Source: Acidimicrobiia bacterium UBA5794 (GTDB lineage: Bacteria > Actinomycetota > Acidimicrobiia > Spongiisociales > UBA5794). From it: a DNA stretch of 64,000 bases. The translations under genes were made by a program, and so were the position numbers. Under the pieces are notes generated by a model. The model was given only the letters and a program-made list of their open reading frames with translations. It was not told the origin of the DNA and did not search any database. Each line of letters opens with the position of its first letter. Position 1 is the stretch's first letter. The stretch spans positions 3,848-67,847 of the forward strand of contig DIDS01000019.1 in assembly GCA_002418265.1 (NCBI GenBank). The letters are read 5' to 3'. Positions 1-10,569 of the stretch are shown here, piece by piece.

Positions 1-2363
1 TTTGCGAGTGCTTCCAGGGCCTCGTCAAGCGTGATCGTCAGGAGCTGCTCCTCGGTTTCGATGGAACGATTCTCTTTACCCCAGCTCACGTACGGCCCAT
101 GGGGTCCGTTCTTTGCAAATACCGGCTCGCCGTCTTCAGGATGGGGTCCGAGCTCTCGTGGAATCGAGAGCAACCGGACCGCATCGTCGAGCGTGAGGGT
201 TGCCGGATCCATGGACTTGAACACCGAAGCCATCTTTGGTTTGTCCGTCGAGTCCGGATCGCGTTCACCGAGTTGGAGGTACGGCCCATATCGGCCTGTC
301 TTGAGGAAGATCTCAAGACCTGTGTCGGGATCATTTCCAAGGGAGCGTTCGTCCTTCGGAGCACTCAGCAACTCCACGGCACGCTCAAGCGTCAATTCGT
401 CTGGAGGCAGGTCTGGCGGAATCGATGCACGATCTTCACCGCGTTGGAGATACGGCCCGTACTGTCCGGATCTGGCGACAATGGGCACACCATCGTCGCC
501 AATCCCGATCTCGAAGGAGTTGACTGCCTTCGGGTCGATTCGCTCAAGTGCGTCCTCAGACACGAAGTCCGTGATCCCGGGCCTTGGGTTCTCCGGGTCC
601 TTCACACCGTCGTAGAATTCCCTGAGATACGGAACCATCTCCTGATCGCCGGAAGCGATCCGGTCGAGATCTTCCTCCATCTTGGCTGTGAAGTCGTAGT
701 CGACGTATTCAGCGAAGTACTGCTCAAGCAAGCCGACGACACCGAAGGCACGCCAGGTCGGTACGAGAGCGGTTCCTTGTTTGAACGCATATTCACGATC
801 GAGGATGGTCGAGATGATCGACGCGTAGGTCGACGGTCGACCGATGCCAAGCTCCTCAAGACGCTTCACGAGTGACGCCTCGGTGTATCTCGCAGGTGGT
901 TTGGTTTCGTGGTCGGTTGGCTCGAGTGCAACAGCCACAAGGCTGTCACCTTCAGCCATGTTCGGGAGATGGGTTTCTTGATCGTCGAGTGCAGCATCGG
1001 GGTCGTCCCTGCCCTCGACGTAGGCACGTAGAAATCCCGGGAAGGTGATTGTGCGACCGCTTGCGCGGAAGCCACAGGTTTCGGCTTTGAGGGTGTCTGC
1101 CGTGATCCCAACTTTGAGGCTTTCACCCTTGGCATCCTTCATTTGGGACGCGACGGTGCGCATCCAGATCAGTTCATAGACACGAGCCGCATCCGATGTC
1201 GGACCGAACTGTGCTGCGACTCTGTCCATGTCCTGGAATCGATCACCGGCCGGTCGAATTGCCTCGTGCGCCTCTTGAGCGCCCTTGGCCTGCGAACCAT
1301 ACAAGCGCGGCTTTTCGGGGAGAAACTGTGAGCCGTAGCGATCCGCAACGAGCGAGCGTGCAGCGTCAAGGGCGGTCGCCGAGAGATTCGTCGAATCGGT
1401 TCGCATATAGGTGATGAAGCCCTGCTCATAGAGCGCCTGGGCCGCACTCATTGTCCGTCTAGCCCCAAATCTGAGTTTGTGGCCGGCTTCCTGTTGCAGG
1501 GTTGAGGTGCGGAACGGGGCGTACGGCTTGCGGGTGTATGGCTTGGACTCGACACTCGCAACCGAGAAGTCGGCACCGCTCAGACCCTGCGCCAAGCCGA
1601 CCGCGTCTTGAGGCGACAGAGCCCTACGACCCTTCTTGAGATTTCCCGCGGCGTCGAAGTCGGCGCCATCAGCGACCCTTACGCTGTCGATCGTCCGCAA
1701 AGTTGCGGAGAATTCGGTGCCTTCCGCAGCAAGCGTCGCCTTGAGACTTGAGTATGACGAGCGGACAAATGCCATCCGTTCACGCTCTCGCTCGACGAGG
1801 ATTCGCGTGGCAGGAGATTGAACACGTCCCGCCGACAGACCTCGTCTCACCCGGCGCCACAGGACAGGGGAGACCTCAAAACCGAAGAGTCGATCGAGAA
1901 TTCTGCGTGTCTCTTGAGCCTGGACGAGCTGAACATCAAGATCTCGGGGATTGGCCGCGGCTTCCTGGATTGCCTTCTCGGTTATCTCGTGGAACACCAT
2001 CCTTTGTACGGGAACCTTCGGTTTGAGCTCCTCAAGGAGGTGCCACGCGATGGCTTCACCCTCACGATCCTCATCCGTTGCGAGATAAAGCTCGTCGGCG
2101 TCCTTGAGCAGTTGTTTCAGCAGGCGCACCTGCTTCTTGGAGGAATCAGAAACGATGTAGATCGGCGTGAAGTCATTGTTGAGGTCGATACCGAATCGGG
2201 TCTTCGCCCATTGAGCCTGTTTGCTCTCGGGAAGGTCTTTCTTCCTTGCGGGAATGTCGCGAATGTGGCCAACGGAGGACTCAACGATGAAGTCATCACC
2301 GAGGTATCTACCGATCGTCTTCGCCTTTGCTGGCGACTCGACAATGACAAGTTTCTTCGACAA
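1..2363 (-). CDS. topA: DNA topoisomerase I (3' end runs off the window)
   Basis: Not in the ORF track because its stop lies outside the window. Manual translation from TTG 2363 gives MSKKLVIVESPAKAKTIGRYLGDDFIVESSVGHIRDIP, plus ATDEDREGEAIAWHL and C-terminal GRYGPY-type repeats typical of actinobacterial TopA. Confidence 0.97.
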   Translation of the reverse strand, partial: MSKKLVIVESPAKAKTIGRYLGDDFIVESSVGHIRDIPARKKDLPESKQAQWAKTRFGIDLNNDFTPIYIVSDSSKKQVRLLKQLLKDADELYLATDEDREGEAIAWHLLEELKPKVPVQRMVFHEITEKAIQEAAANPRDLDVQLVQAQETRRILDRLFGFEVSPVLWRRVRRGLSAGRVQSPATRILVERERERMAFVRSSYSSLKATLAAEGTEFSATLRTIDSVRVADGADFDAAGNLKKGRRALSPQDAVGLAQGLSGADFSVASVESKPYTRKPYAPFRTSTLQQEAGHKLRFGARRTMSAAQALYEQGFITYMRTDSTNLSATALDAARSLVADRYGSQFLPEKPRLYGSQAKGAQEAHEAIRPAGDRFQDMDRVAAQFGPTSDAARVYELIWMRTVASQMKDAKGESLKVGITADTLKAETCGFRASGRTITFPGFLRAYVEGRDDPDAALDDQETHLPNMAEGDSLVAVALEPTDHETKPPARYTEASLVKRLEELGIGRPSTYASIISTILDREYAFKQGTALVPTWRAFGVVGLLEQYFAEYVDYDFTAKMEEDLDRIASGDQEMVPYLREFYDGVKDPENPRPGITDFVSEDALERIDPKAVNSFEIGIGDDGVPIVARSGQYGPYLQRGEDRASIPPDLPPDELTLERAVELLSAPKDERSLGNDPDTGLEIFLKTGRYGPYLQLGERDPDSTDKPKMASVFKSMDPATLTLDDAVRLLSIPRELGPHPEDGEPVFAKNGPHGPYVSWGKENRSIETEEQLLTITLDEALEALA

Positions 2364-2440
2364 GGCTGTTCCGATCGCGTCTGGTAGCTCAGAATTCGGT
2401 ACGAAATCCGATGTGTCAAGACTGACACGCGGGGCGGAAC

Positions 2441-3508
2441 CTAACGCAAGTGTGGAGCAAAACCCTCGCGAACCCGCTCAACGACTCGCTGCCAGGTGAA
2501 CTCTGACTCCACGAACGCTCGCCCGGCGGCACCCATTTCGCGCGCCTTTTCGGGGTCTGCCAGAAGAGTGATGAGGTGCTTCGCGATCGCTTTGGACTCG
2601 GTCGCGATGTATCCGGTCTTACCGGGAATCACCGTTTCGGGCGCTCCACCCGAATCGCCTGCGATGACCGGCACACCGCATGCTGCCGCCTCAAGAAAGA
2701 CGAGACCGAGGCCCTCGGCTTCAAGACCGCCCCACCGTGACCTGCACGGCATCACAAATATGTCCATTTCCCGATACAGGCCAGCGAGGTCCGTCCACGG
2801 AACATCGATTTCAAAGCGAGCATCGACACCGAGCTGCTCCGCCTTCTTGCGCAGACGGGCCTCGGTTCGTCCCTTCCCGACGAGCATCACCTGCACGTCG
2901 GATTTGACGAGGGATACGGCCTCGATGACACGGTCTTGGCCCTTGCGCGGCACGAACCGCGACACGCAGCCGATGACCGGCTTGGCGTTCTCTGGAGGGT
3001 TTCTCGGGGGTGTAAAGGTGTCGATGTCCACCCCGGCTCCGATGTAGACCACCGGCTTCTTGGTGAGCCGCACGACATTGACTTCGGTGTATCGGCTGAT
3101 CGCAAAGTTGGCATCAGCAGCCGCCAGGGTCTTTCCGAGCCATTGCTTGATTCCCGGAACCGCAGCCGGGAGCGTGACTTCAGCGCCGTAGTTCACAACC
3201 CCGAACGGAATGTTGAATTCGTCGCGAAGCGAAGGTCCCAGTGGAGTGAGCGGATGCGGAGCGCCGAACAGGATTGCGTCAGGCTTGAACCGGTGCACTG
3301 CATCGAACACCAGGTGACGAGTCCGCTTGGTCGGAAGCATCCACTGCCGGAGTCCTCGTGTGACGCCAGACTCATCGATCGCAGCATCATTGTCGGCGGG
3401 AGCCACGACGTGGATCTCATCGGGATAAGCATCGACGAAGCTCTGGAGATACATCTGGATTCCGCCCGGCTTGGGCGGATAGTCGTTGGTGACGATGAGA
3501 AGGCGCAC
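2441..3508 (-). CDS. GT4 glycosyltransferase (PimB/PimB'-like mannosyltransferase)
   Basis: TNDYPPKPGGIQ N-terminus, SRFVPRKGQD and EGLGLVFLEA GT4 motif. Confidence 0.9.
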   Translation of the reverse strand: MRLLIVTNDYPPKPGGIQMYLQSFVDAYPDEIHVVAPADNDAAIDESGVTRGLRQWMLPTKRTRHLVFDAVHRFKPDAILFGAPHPLTPLGPSLRDEFNIPFGVVNYGAEVTLPAAVPGIKQWLGKTLAAADANFAISRYTEVNVVRLTKKPVVYIGAGVDIDTFTPPRNPPENAKPVIGCVSRFVPRKGQDRVIEAVSLVKSDVQVMLVGKGRTEARLRKKAEQLGVDARFEIDVPWTDLAGLYREMDIFVMPCRSRWGGLEAEGLGLVFLEAAACGVPVIAGDSGGAPETVIPGKTGYIATESKAIAKHLITLLADPEKAREMGAAGRAFVESEFTWQRVVERVREGFAPHLR

Positions 3509-3512
3509 AACC

Positions 3513-4739
3513 TCAGTCCAGATGTGGGGCGACGTTGTATGACGCCATCACGGCTCCGTCTTCATTCAGTAGGAAACTTGACTGTGCCGTGTTGCGTGGG
3601 ATGGTGATCTTTCCCCGACCGGCGTTCTTGATTCCGAGCACGTTGACCGCCAACGCCCGTATCGCAGCACCGTGGGAAACGGCGATGTACGGCGCGGTCA
3701 CCGCTTCCTCGGCAAGCTTTTCTGCGGTCTGTCGCATCCTGACACCGGCACCAACGAGCGACTCTCCGTATCCGCCCCTTCTCGTGTGGTCCCCACGTCC
3801 CGATTGATATTCGGCAAGGTCGGCTGCGTGCTGTTCAAGGATCTGAGCCGTGGTGAGACCCTCCCATGCACCAAAGGACATCTCGACAAGCCCCTCATCG
3901 GTTGTGGGCGACGCGCCCATGCCTTCCCCGATGATCTCGGCTGTCTCTGTCGTGCGGATGCGTGGAGAACTGAACATGGCATCAACCACGGGGGCGTGTG
4001 CTGCCGCGGAAGCTGCCTGCTGCCTCCCGACATCCGTCAGAGGTGTATCGGTCGTGCTGTCCCATGTGCCGGCAACATTCCCCTCCGATTGTCCATGTCG
4101 AACAAACGTTGCGTGCTGGCCAATTGGCCCGAACTGTTGAGGGGTGTGATCGAGGTGAGTCGCGTCGTTGAACACGTTGATACGACGCTCCCCGTCGCTT
4201 CCGATCGTGATCTGGGAAACGGCGGTGTTGTGCGACGGAATCATGCGTCCGGTTCCCTCGAGTCCGGCAACTTGGCTCATCAGGGCCCAGATCACACCAC
4301 CATGGGTGACGAGAACGGCGTGCTCGCCGTCGGCAAGCTTGGCGACAAGCCGATCGAATGCTGCTCCAACCCGCCTGATGAACAGGGACATCTGTTCCCC
4401 ACCACCGGGGGCGAGATCCTCACCGTTCGTGAAGGCCAGCCATTGTTCCGGGAAGCGTTCTGCGACCTCGGCCGAGGTCAATCCCTCCCATGAGCCAATC
4501 GAGAATTCGCGGAACGCGGGATCAGGAATCACATCGCCGAAGACTGCGGCGGTTGTCATGGTTCGTGGGAGATCTGACGCAATCACAACGTCAGGAGAGG
4601 CGCCAGCAAACCGGTTCGCCAGCCGATTGATCTGGGCGAGTCCAACATCGGAAATCCCCGAATCGGTGAAGCCCTGCCAACGGCTCTCGCGGTTGGCATG
4701 GGTCTCTGCGTGCCTGATGATCGTGACGGTCTTCCCCAC
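3513..4739 (-). CDS. Tandem two-domain histidine phosphatase (phosphoglycerate mutase family)
   Basis: Two full domains: RHAET...REFSIGSWEG...VTHGG and RHGQS...VEMSFGAWEG...VSHGA. Confidence 0.9.
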   Translation of the reverse strand: MGKTVTIIRHAETHANRESRWQGFTDSGISDVGLAQINRLANRFAGASPDVVIASDLPRTMTTAAVFGDVIPDPAFREFSIGSWEGLTSAEVAERFPEQWLAFTNGEDLAPGGGEQMSLFIRRVGAAFDRLVAKLADGEHAVLVTHGGVIWALMSQVAGLEGTGRMIPSHNTAVSQITIGSDGERRINVFNDATHLDHTPQQFGPIGQHATFVRHGQSEGNVAGTWDSTTDTPLTDVGRQQAASAAAHAPVVDAMFSSPRIRTTETAEIIGEGMGASPTTDEGLVEMSFGAWEGLTTAQILEQHAADLAEYQSGRGDHTRRGGYGESLVGAGVRMRQTAEKLAEEAVTAPYIAVSHGAAIRALAVNVLGIKNAGRGKITIPRNTAQSSFLLNEDGAVMASYNVAPHLD

Positions 4740-4814
4740 GGTTTCCTCTCTCCTGGCGTTGCAGGCTAAGCCCGCCCGGGATTTGGTTCGGGGGCTGTCG
4801 AGCGCGAACGAGCC

Positions 4815-6887
4815 CTACGAGATGAATGCCGAGGCAAAGATCAGGGAAACCACAGTCATCACCTTGATGACGATGTTCATCGCTGGCCCCGCTGTGTCCT
4901 TGAACGGGTCACCAATCGTGTCCCCGACAACGGCAGCCTTGTGTGCGTCGGATCCCTTGCCGCCAAAGGCGCCGGCTTCAATGAACTTCTTGGCGTTGTC
5001 CCACGCTCCGCCCGCATTGGCCATGTAGATCGCAAGGAGGAATCCAGATACCAGCGCTCCGGCGAGCAGACCACCGAGCATCTCAACGGAGATGAATCCG
5101 ACCACAAGGGGAAGCGCAACAGCCAGAGAACCGGGAATGATCATTTCACGAAGCGATGCCTTTGTTGAGATGTCAACGCACTTGGCGTACTCGGGAACGA
5201 CACCATCGCGACCTTCTCTGAGTCCGGGGATCTCCCGAAACTGGCGTCGGACTTCCTCGATCATCTGGAAAGCAGCTCTACCGACAGCCTGGATGGTCAT
5301 GGCCGCAAACAGGTACGGGAACATTCCTCCGATAAAGAGTCCCATGACGACCTTGATGTCAAGAATGTCGAAGCCGTCGACGCCAACAGCCTGGGAGAAT
5401 GTGAAGAACAGCGCAAGGGCGGTCACGGCCGCCGACGCGATGGCAAATCCCTTGGCGACTGCGGCCGTTGTGTTTCCGAGCGAGTCGAGCTGGTCGGTGG
5501 CTGCCCGGACTTCGGGTGGCAGATCGGCCATTTCAGCGATGCCACCTGCGTTGTCCGCGATTGGTCCGTAGGCATCGACGGACACTGTTATTCCGAGCGT
5601 GGAGAGCACGCCGATTGCGGCAATGGCGACGCCGTAGATGCCAGCACCCTCAACAGCAAGGTCTCCGGCCCAATATGCAGCCCCCATCCCAAGCGTCACC
5701 ACGATCACGGAATAGGCAGCGGACTTCTTGCCCTCGGCAATACCGGCAAGGACCACCGTTGCCGATCCCGTCTCCGATTGACGGGCGATCTCTTTGACCG
5801 TCTTGTAATGATCGGAGGTGTACCACTCAGAGATCTTGCCAACGACAATTCCGACGGCGAGACCAACGATGACTGCAAGGAAGAAGCCCCATGGGTTGTC
5901 CACCCCTTCGACCCCGTCGAACATCACGGGTGTGAGAGCAGCGACACCGACCACCGTGAGACCTGCCGCTGCCCAAGTCCCAGTATGGAGGGCTCGGGCG
6001 AGGTTGTCCCCGCGGGGACGTACGAGGAATGACCCGATGATTGAAGCCAGCATGCCGATTGCCCCAATCATGAGGGGGTAGAAGATCATGTGTGGCAAGA
6101 ACGCTGAGCCCGCAAACACGATGGATGCAAAGGCGATCGGTGCGACCAGAGAGCCGATGTAGGACTCAAAAAGATCGGCACCCATGCCAGCGACGTCGCC
6201 AACGTTGTCACCAACGTTGTCTGCGATTGTGGCCGGGTTGCGCGGGTCGTCTTCGGGAATGCCAGCTTCGACCTTTCCGACGAGGTCAGCGCCGACGTCG
6301 GCAGCCTTTGTGTAGATGCCACCGCCGACGCGGGCAAACAGAGCGATCGATGAGGCTCCAAGACCGATGGCGGTCACCATGTCAACCCAGAGTTCCTTTT
6401 CCAGGACCATTTCAAAGAACCAGATGCCGACGGCGAACCCAAGAAGGCCGAGACCAGCAACGGTGAACCCCATCACCGCGCCACCACGGAAGGCGACGGG
6501 AAGCGCCCCAGCGGTGCCACCGGTGCGAGCTGCCTCTGCAGTACGGGCGTTGGCGGCGGTTGCGATCCGCATCCCGATGAATCCAGCAAGACCGGAAAGA
6601 GCTGCACCGAACACATATCCGATGGCGCCCCACGGACGTCCCCACTCAGGCAGGAGGATGAGGATCAGCACCGTCATGATTGTCACGAATCCGGCTATCG
6701 CAAGATATTCACGCCGCATGAACGCCATGGAGCCTTCGCGGATGGCGTCCATGAGGCTCACCATGCGCTCGTTACCTGGCGAAACAGCAAGGACCTGGCG
6801 ACCGTAGACGGCAGCGAGCAGCAGGGCGGCAACACCCATTCCCATGGCTACATACAGCCACACATCGGGATTTGACACAGAAATCAC
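4815..6887 (-). CDS. hppA: Membrane pyrophosphatase, K+-stimulated, probably Na+-translocating
   Basis: DVGADLVGKVE, DNVGDNVGD, DLFESY and GNTTAA (Ala form, i.e. K+-dependent). Confidence 0.95.
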   Translation of the reverse strand: MISVSNPDVWLYVAMGMGVAALLLAAVYGRQVLAVSPGNERMVSLMDAIREGSMAFMRREYLAIAGFVTIMTVLILILLPEWGRPWGAIGYVFGAALSGLAGFIGMRIATAANARTAEAARTGGTAGALPVAFRGGAVMGFTVAGLGLLGFAVGIWFFEMVLEKELWVDMVTAIGLGASSIALFARVGGGIYTKAADVGADLVGKVEAGIPEDDPRNPATIADNVGDNVGDVAGMGADLFESYIGSLVAPIAFASIVFAGSAFLPHMIFYPLMIGAIGMLASIIGSFLVRPRGDNLARALHTGTWAAAGLTVVGVAALTPVMFDGVEGVDNPWGFFLAVIVGLAVGIVVGKISEWYTSDHYKTVKEIARQSETGSATVVLAGIAEGKKSAAYSVIVVTLGMGAAYWAGDLAVEGAGIYGVAIAAIGVLSTLGITVSVDAYGPIADNAGGIAEMADLPPEVRAATDQLDSLGNTTAAVAKGFAIASAAVTALALFFTFSQAVGVDGFDILDIKVVMGLFIGGMFPYLFAAMTIQAVGRAAFQMIEEVRRQFREIPGLREGRDGVVPEYAKCVDISTKASLREMIIPGSLAVALPLVVGFISVEMLGGLLAGALVSGFLLAIYMANAGGAWDNAKKFIEAGAFGGKGSDAHKAAVVGDTIGDPFKDTAGPAMNIVIKVMTVVSLIFASAFIS

Positions 6888-6952
6888 TCCTGGATTGAAG
6901 AGGTTCGGAACGGGCGGCAGTATACGGGCATCCGGCCCGAGATATCAGACGC

Positions 6953-8404
6953 TCACTTCCTCCAAACCTCTGGGCTGAGAAGAATGAGGATGGGGAGGAT
7001 CTCAAGGCGACCGATCACCATCAGGCCGGAGAGAACCCATTTGCTGACGGCAGGAAACACGAGATAGTTGCCCGTGGGGCCGATCTCACCGAGTCCTGGG
7101 CCAACGTTGCCAAGCGACGATGCAACCCCCGAGACCATCGTGACGAGATCAAGACTTGAATCTGCCGCGAACCCGATCACTGCGATCGCAAACACCCCCG
7201 TCATGAACGCAAACATGTACAGCAAGAAGAAGGTCTGAACGGTCTCGACAACCAAATCGGGAACCGGCTTCTTGCCAACACGGGTTACGAACACACCTCG
7301 GGGATGAATGATTCTTCGAACGTCCGTCCTCGAAGCTCCTGACAGGATGAGGAGTCGGTCGGTCTTGATCGAACCGGATGTGGATCCAGCCATTCCACCG
7401 ACGAACATCAGCCCAACGATCATGACCTCGAGCACAGGGCCCCATGTCGCGAAGTCGGCTGTTCCGTAGCCGGTCGTCGTCACGATCGTCACCGACGTGA
7501 ATAGCGAATCCCGGATCGTGGTAAGAACCGGTCCACCCCAGATTCCGATCGCCATCAGGATGGAAGCGGCAAAGATGATGCCGAGATAGACGCGGAGTCC
7601 GAGCGACTTGAAGTACGCCAGTTTGTCTCTCGTGATGAACGTGTAGTGGAGGGCAAATGACATTCCAGCGAGCGTCATGAACACGATGATGACCCATTGG
7701 GTGTAGGCGCCGTATGCGCCGAGGGAACCAACGTGGGTCGAGAATCCACCAGTTGAAAGGGTCGTGAATGCATGGTTGATCGCTTCGAAAAGCGACATCT
7801 CACCGAGCCAGAGCAGCGCCGCCTCGATACCCGTGAGGCCGATGTACACGTACCAGAGCCGCTTGGCCGTCTCGGAAAACCGTGGAGTGAGCCGATCCGG
7901 GATCGGTCCGGGCGACTCGGCCCGTGCAAGTTGAACCGCCCCCATACCGAGGAGCGGCAGGATCGCAACTGATAGCACGATGATCCCCATTCCCCCGATC
8001 CACTGTGTGAGGGATCGCCAGAACAAGGCACCGTGGGACATCAGGCCGGGATCCGGGACGATCGAGGCACCGGTTGTGGTGAACCCAGATGCAGATTCGA
8101 ACACTGCGTTTGTGATGTTCGAGATCTCACCGGTGAAGATGTACGGGAGAGAACCGATGAGGGCAATGGCGGTCCACGCCATTCCCACCGCGGCAAATCC
8201 TTCCTTCGTGCTCAGCTCTCCAGGTGAGTCGAAAAAGAACCACAGCGTGATCCCGATGGTGAAGGTCAAGATGGCACTTGCAGCGAATCCCGGAATTTCG
8301 GACCATTCGCGATAGATGACGCTCACGACAATCGGAGTCGCCATCGCCGCCCCGATCGCGGCAATAACCGCTCCAACGACGTGCAGGAGGTTTCGCCAGG
8401 ACAT
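6953..8404 (-). CDS. trkH: Trk potassium uptake membrane protein
   Basis: Four pore-loop motifs: SGFTTTGAS, TLSTGGFS, TTTGYG and LGNVGPG. Confidence 0.95.
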   Translation of the reverse strand: MSWRNLLHVVGAVIAAIGAAMATPIVVSVIYREWSEIPGFAASAILTFTIGITLWFFFDSPGELSTKEGFAAVGMAWTAIALIGSLPYIFTGEISNITNAVFESASGFTTTGASIVPDPGLMSHGALFWRSLTQWIGGMGIIVLSVAILPLLGMGAVQLARAESPGPIPDRLTPRFSETAKRLWYVYIGLTGIEAALLWLGEMSLFEAINHAFTTLSTGGFSTHVGSLGAYGAYTQWVIIVFMTLAGMSFALHYTFITRDKLAYFKSLGLRVYLGIIFAASILMAIGIWGGPVLTTIRDSLFTSVTIVTTTGYGTADFATWGPVLEVMIVGLMFVGGMAGSTSGSIKTDRLLILSGASRTDVRRIIHPRGVFVTRVGKKPVPDLVVETVQTFFLLYMFAFMTGVFAIAVIGFAADSSLDLVTMVSGVASSLGNVGPGLGEIGPTGNYLVFPAVSKWVLSGLMVIGRLEILPILILLSPEVWRK

Positions 8405-8406
8405 GG

Positions 8407-9735
8407 CTAACCCGAGAGGTTCTCAGCGATGGTGATGGCCTCTGGAAGAGCAATGACGATCAGGTGATCACCGACCTCGATTCGAGATGTCCCCCTCGGC
8501 ACAAACACTTCCGTGCCTCGCTGAATACCTCCGATGATGAGTGAGTGTGGGAGACGGAGTTCGGCGAGAGTCTTACCCACGGCCATCGAGTTGGGACCGA
8601 CCTCGAGCTCGATCGCTTCAGCGTCTGAGTCCGAGAACGTCGCGACCGAGTGGATCGCTCCTCGCCTGACAAATCGAAGGATCTCGTCAGCCGCCGAGAG
8701 GCGTGCGCTGACGGTTGCATCGATGCCGTGACCTGATCCGAGTCCCATGAGATCCGTATTGGTGAACCGAGCAATCACCTCACGTGCACCGAAGGACTTC
8801 GCGGCAAGTGCCGCCAGCACATTTTCGCCATCCCACCCGGTCAACGCCATCACGGTGTCTGCCGACTCGACGCCCGCCGCACGGAGCAGCTTGAGATCGG
8901 TTGGCTCGCCACGGACAGTGACAACCTTTGGATATTCCTCTGCAATCAACCGGCAACGGTCCGCGTCTGGCTCGATCAGCGTGGTATGGATCCCCCTGTC
9001 GGCGAGCATCCCAGCGGTGAGCCGAGCAAGACGTGTTCCTCCAAGAATGATCACCTTGTTTGCGGGACGACTTGAAATCCCGAGCCACTTGTATGCACTT
9101 TTTGCCATCTTCGTGCGAGCCATCATCAGGACGTGGTCACCCGGGCTGAGAGTGGTGTCTCCACGAGCGATCTCCGTTTCGGTACCACGAATCACGGCAA
9201 CAACGAGCCAGTCCCACCCTTCAACGCTCCCGCGAAGATCTGCGAGGGTTCGGCCGGCAAACTCGGTGTCCTTGCCAACAAATGCGCCGATGAGGACGAG
9301 TCTGCCGTCTGCGAACTCAACAAGTTCTGCGATCTCGCCCCCTGCTGCGAGCGCAACGAGCTCCCGGGCCGCTGCCGCCCCTGGATCGATCACCAGATCA
9401 ACACCCAGGGCCTCGACCTCAGCCTTGAGGTCGGGGTCCTCGACTCTTGCCACCGTGAACGGGATGCCAAGCTGGGTACCTGCGGCACACGCCAGCACAT
9501 TGACCGCATCCGACGAGCTCACCGCGATCAGAAGATCGGCGTCTTCGATTCCAGCCTTCTTGAGGGTCTCCGCGGAAGCTCCGTTGCCGATGATCACGAG
9601 ACAGTCGATCTCATTTTGAGCTACCGCCGCGACTTCAGGATCGGACTCGATCAAAACAACGTCCTGGCGCTCGATGGAGAGTTTCTCGGCTAGAAACGAT
9701 CCGATGGTTCCTGCACCGACAATGACTATTCGCAT
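8407..9735 (-). CDS. trkA: Trk potassium uptake NAD-binding protein (duplicated RCK domains)
   Basis: MRIVIVGAGTIG Rossmann start and a second RCK domain. Start moved to ATG 9735, which lies 8 nt after a TAGGCT -10. Confidence 0.93.
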   Translation of the reverse strand: MRIVIVGAGTIGSFLAEKLSIERQDVVLIESDPEVAAVAQNEIDCLVIIGNGASAETLKKAGIEDADLLIAVSSSDAVNVLACAAGTQLGIPFTVARVEDPDLKAEVEALGVDLVIDPGAAAARELVALAAGGEIAELVEFADGRLVLIGAFVGKDTEFAGRTLADLRGSVEGWDWLVVAVIRGTETEIARGDTTLSPGDHVLMMARTKMAKSAYKWLGISSRPANKVIILGGTRLARLTAGMLADRGIHTTLIEPDADRCRLIAEEYPKVVTVRGEPTDLKLLRAAGVESADTVMALTGWDGENVLAALAAKSFGAREVIARFTNTDLMGLGSGHGIDATVSARLSAADEILRFVRRGAIHSVATFSDSDAEAIELEVGPNSMAVGKTLAELRLPHSLIIGGIQRGTEVFVPRGTSRIEVGDHLIVIALPEAITIAENLSG

Positions 9736-9784
9736 GGCACGAGAGCCTAGAACGTTCGGGTACCAGAACCCCACAGATCATTGT

Positions 9785-10207
9785 TCAAGGATCGTCCATC
9801 CGGGCGATATCACCACTCGTGCCGACGAGCTTCATGGGATCAAATTCGGCACGACTTGTCGCCACAATCCTCAGCTCGCCAACCACTGGGAGACTGATCG
9901 TCCTTGCGACCGTGACGGAAACGGTTCGCCGGTCCCATGACTCGTCGACGGGACACGAACACGAAACCAGCGTTGCCCCGTTTGCCTTGGCGAACCGGCT
10001 TGCCTCCTGTTGAGGGGTCCCGGTCGCCCCGAACGGCAGGAATGTGACAGGGGCACTGGCCAGTGCAGCGGCGTCGGCAGCTGAAGCCGCCGTGGCATAC
10101 GTTACGGCCGCCCCTCCCACGATTCCGATACCAAGCACGAAAAACACCAGCACAACGGACAGACCAAAACCAACCAGCATCGAACCGCGTTCATCGTGTG
10201 GTCTCAT
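9785..10207 (-). CDS. TadE/TadG-like minor pilin (Rv3654c-like)
   Basis: ERGS prepilin motif, hydrophobic helix and AADAAALA motif; overlaps the tadE stop. Confidence 0.8.
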   Translation of the reverse strand: MRPHDERGSMLVGFGLSVVLVFFVLGIGIVGGAAVTYATAASAADAAALASAPVTFLPFGATGTPQQEASRFAKANGATLVSCSCPVDESWDRRTVSVTVARTISLPVVGELRIVATSRAEFDPMKLVGTSGDIARMDDP

Positions 10208-10569
10208 CGTTCAACACGCATCGAAGCCGTTGACGTCAGTGTCACGGTGAAACCACCGAAGATCGGTGTCGCGACCCGGTACGGAAGCGAAACGTTCACC
10301 GTGGCCTTCTGACCGACCGTTGCAGGACGCGACACGGAGATGCGGGCATTGGCGGCAAGGCCACCGAGGGCTGATCGCACCGCGGAGGCCGCTCGTGCCG
10401 TGTCAGGAAACGCTGCAGCTTCACGCGCCCCTTCCCGAGTTGCGTGAATCAACTGGATCTCGGAACGCGCAATAACGGCAACCTCAACAATCCCGAACAG
10501 CAACACGAGGACAAGTGGTAGCACGAGCGCAAACTCGACAACTGCCGACCCGGGCTCACCGCGCATCAT
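10204..10569 (-). CDS. tadE: TadE family pseudopilin
   Basis: GSAVVEFALVLP and ATREGAREAA motifs. Confidence 0.88.
   Translation of the reverse strand: MMRGEPGSAVVEFALVLPLVLVLLFGIVEVAVIARSEIQLIHATREGAREAAAFPDTARAASAVRSALGGLAANARISVSRPATVGQKATVNVSLPYRVATPIFGGFTVTLTSTASMRVER

Noticed and set aside
99-2387. Plus-strand ORFs (258 aa, 189 aa and others)
   Set aside because: Antisense shadows of topA.
2413-2428. GTGTCA-N4-TGACAC palindrome upstream of topA
   Set aside because: Single 6-bp arm pair overlapping a TTGACA -35-like hexamer; not enough to call an operator.
9757-9772. GGGTAC-CA-GAACCC upstream of trkA as a member of the GWACCC family
   Set aside because: Half-site orientation and spacing differ from the core motif, so it may be chance.
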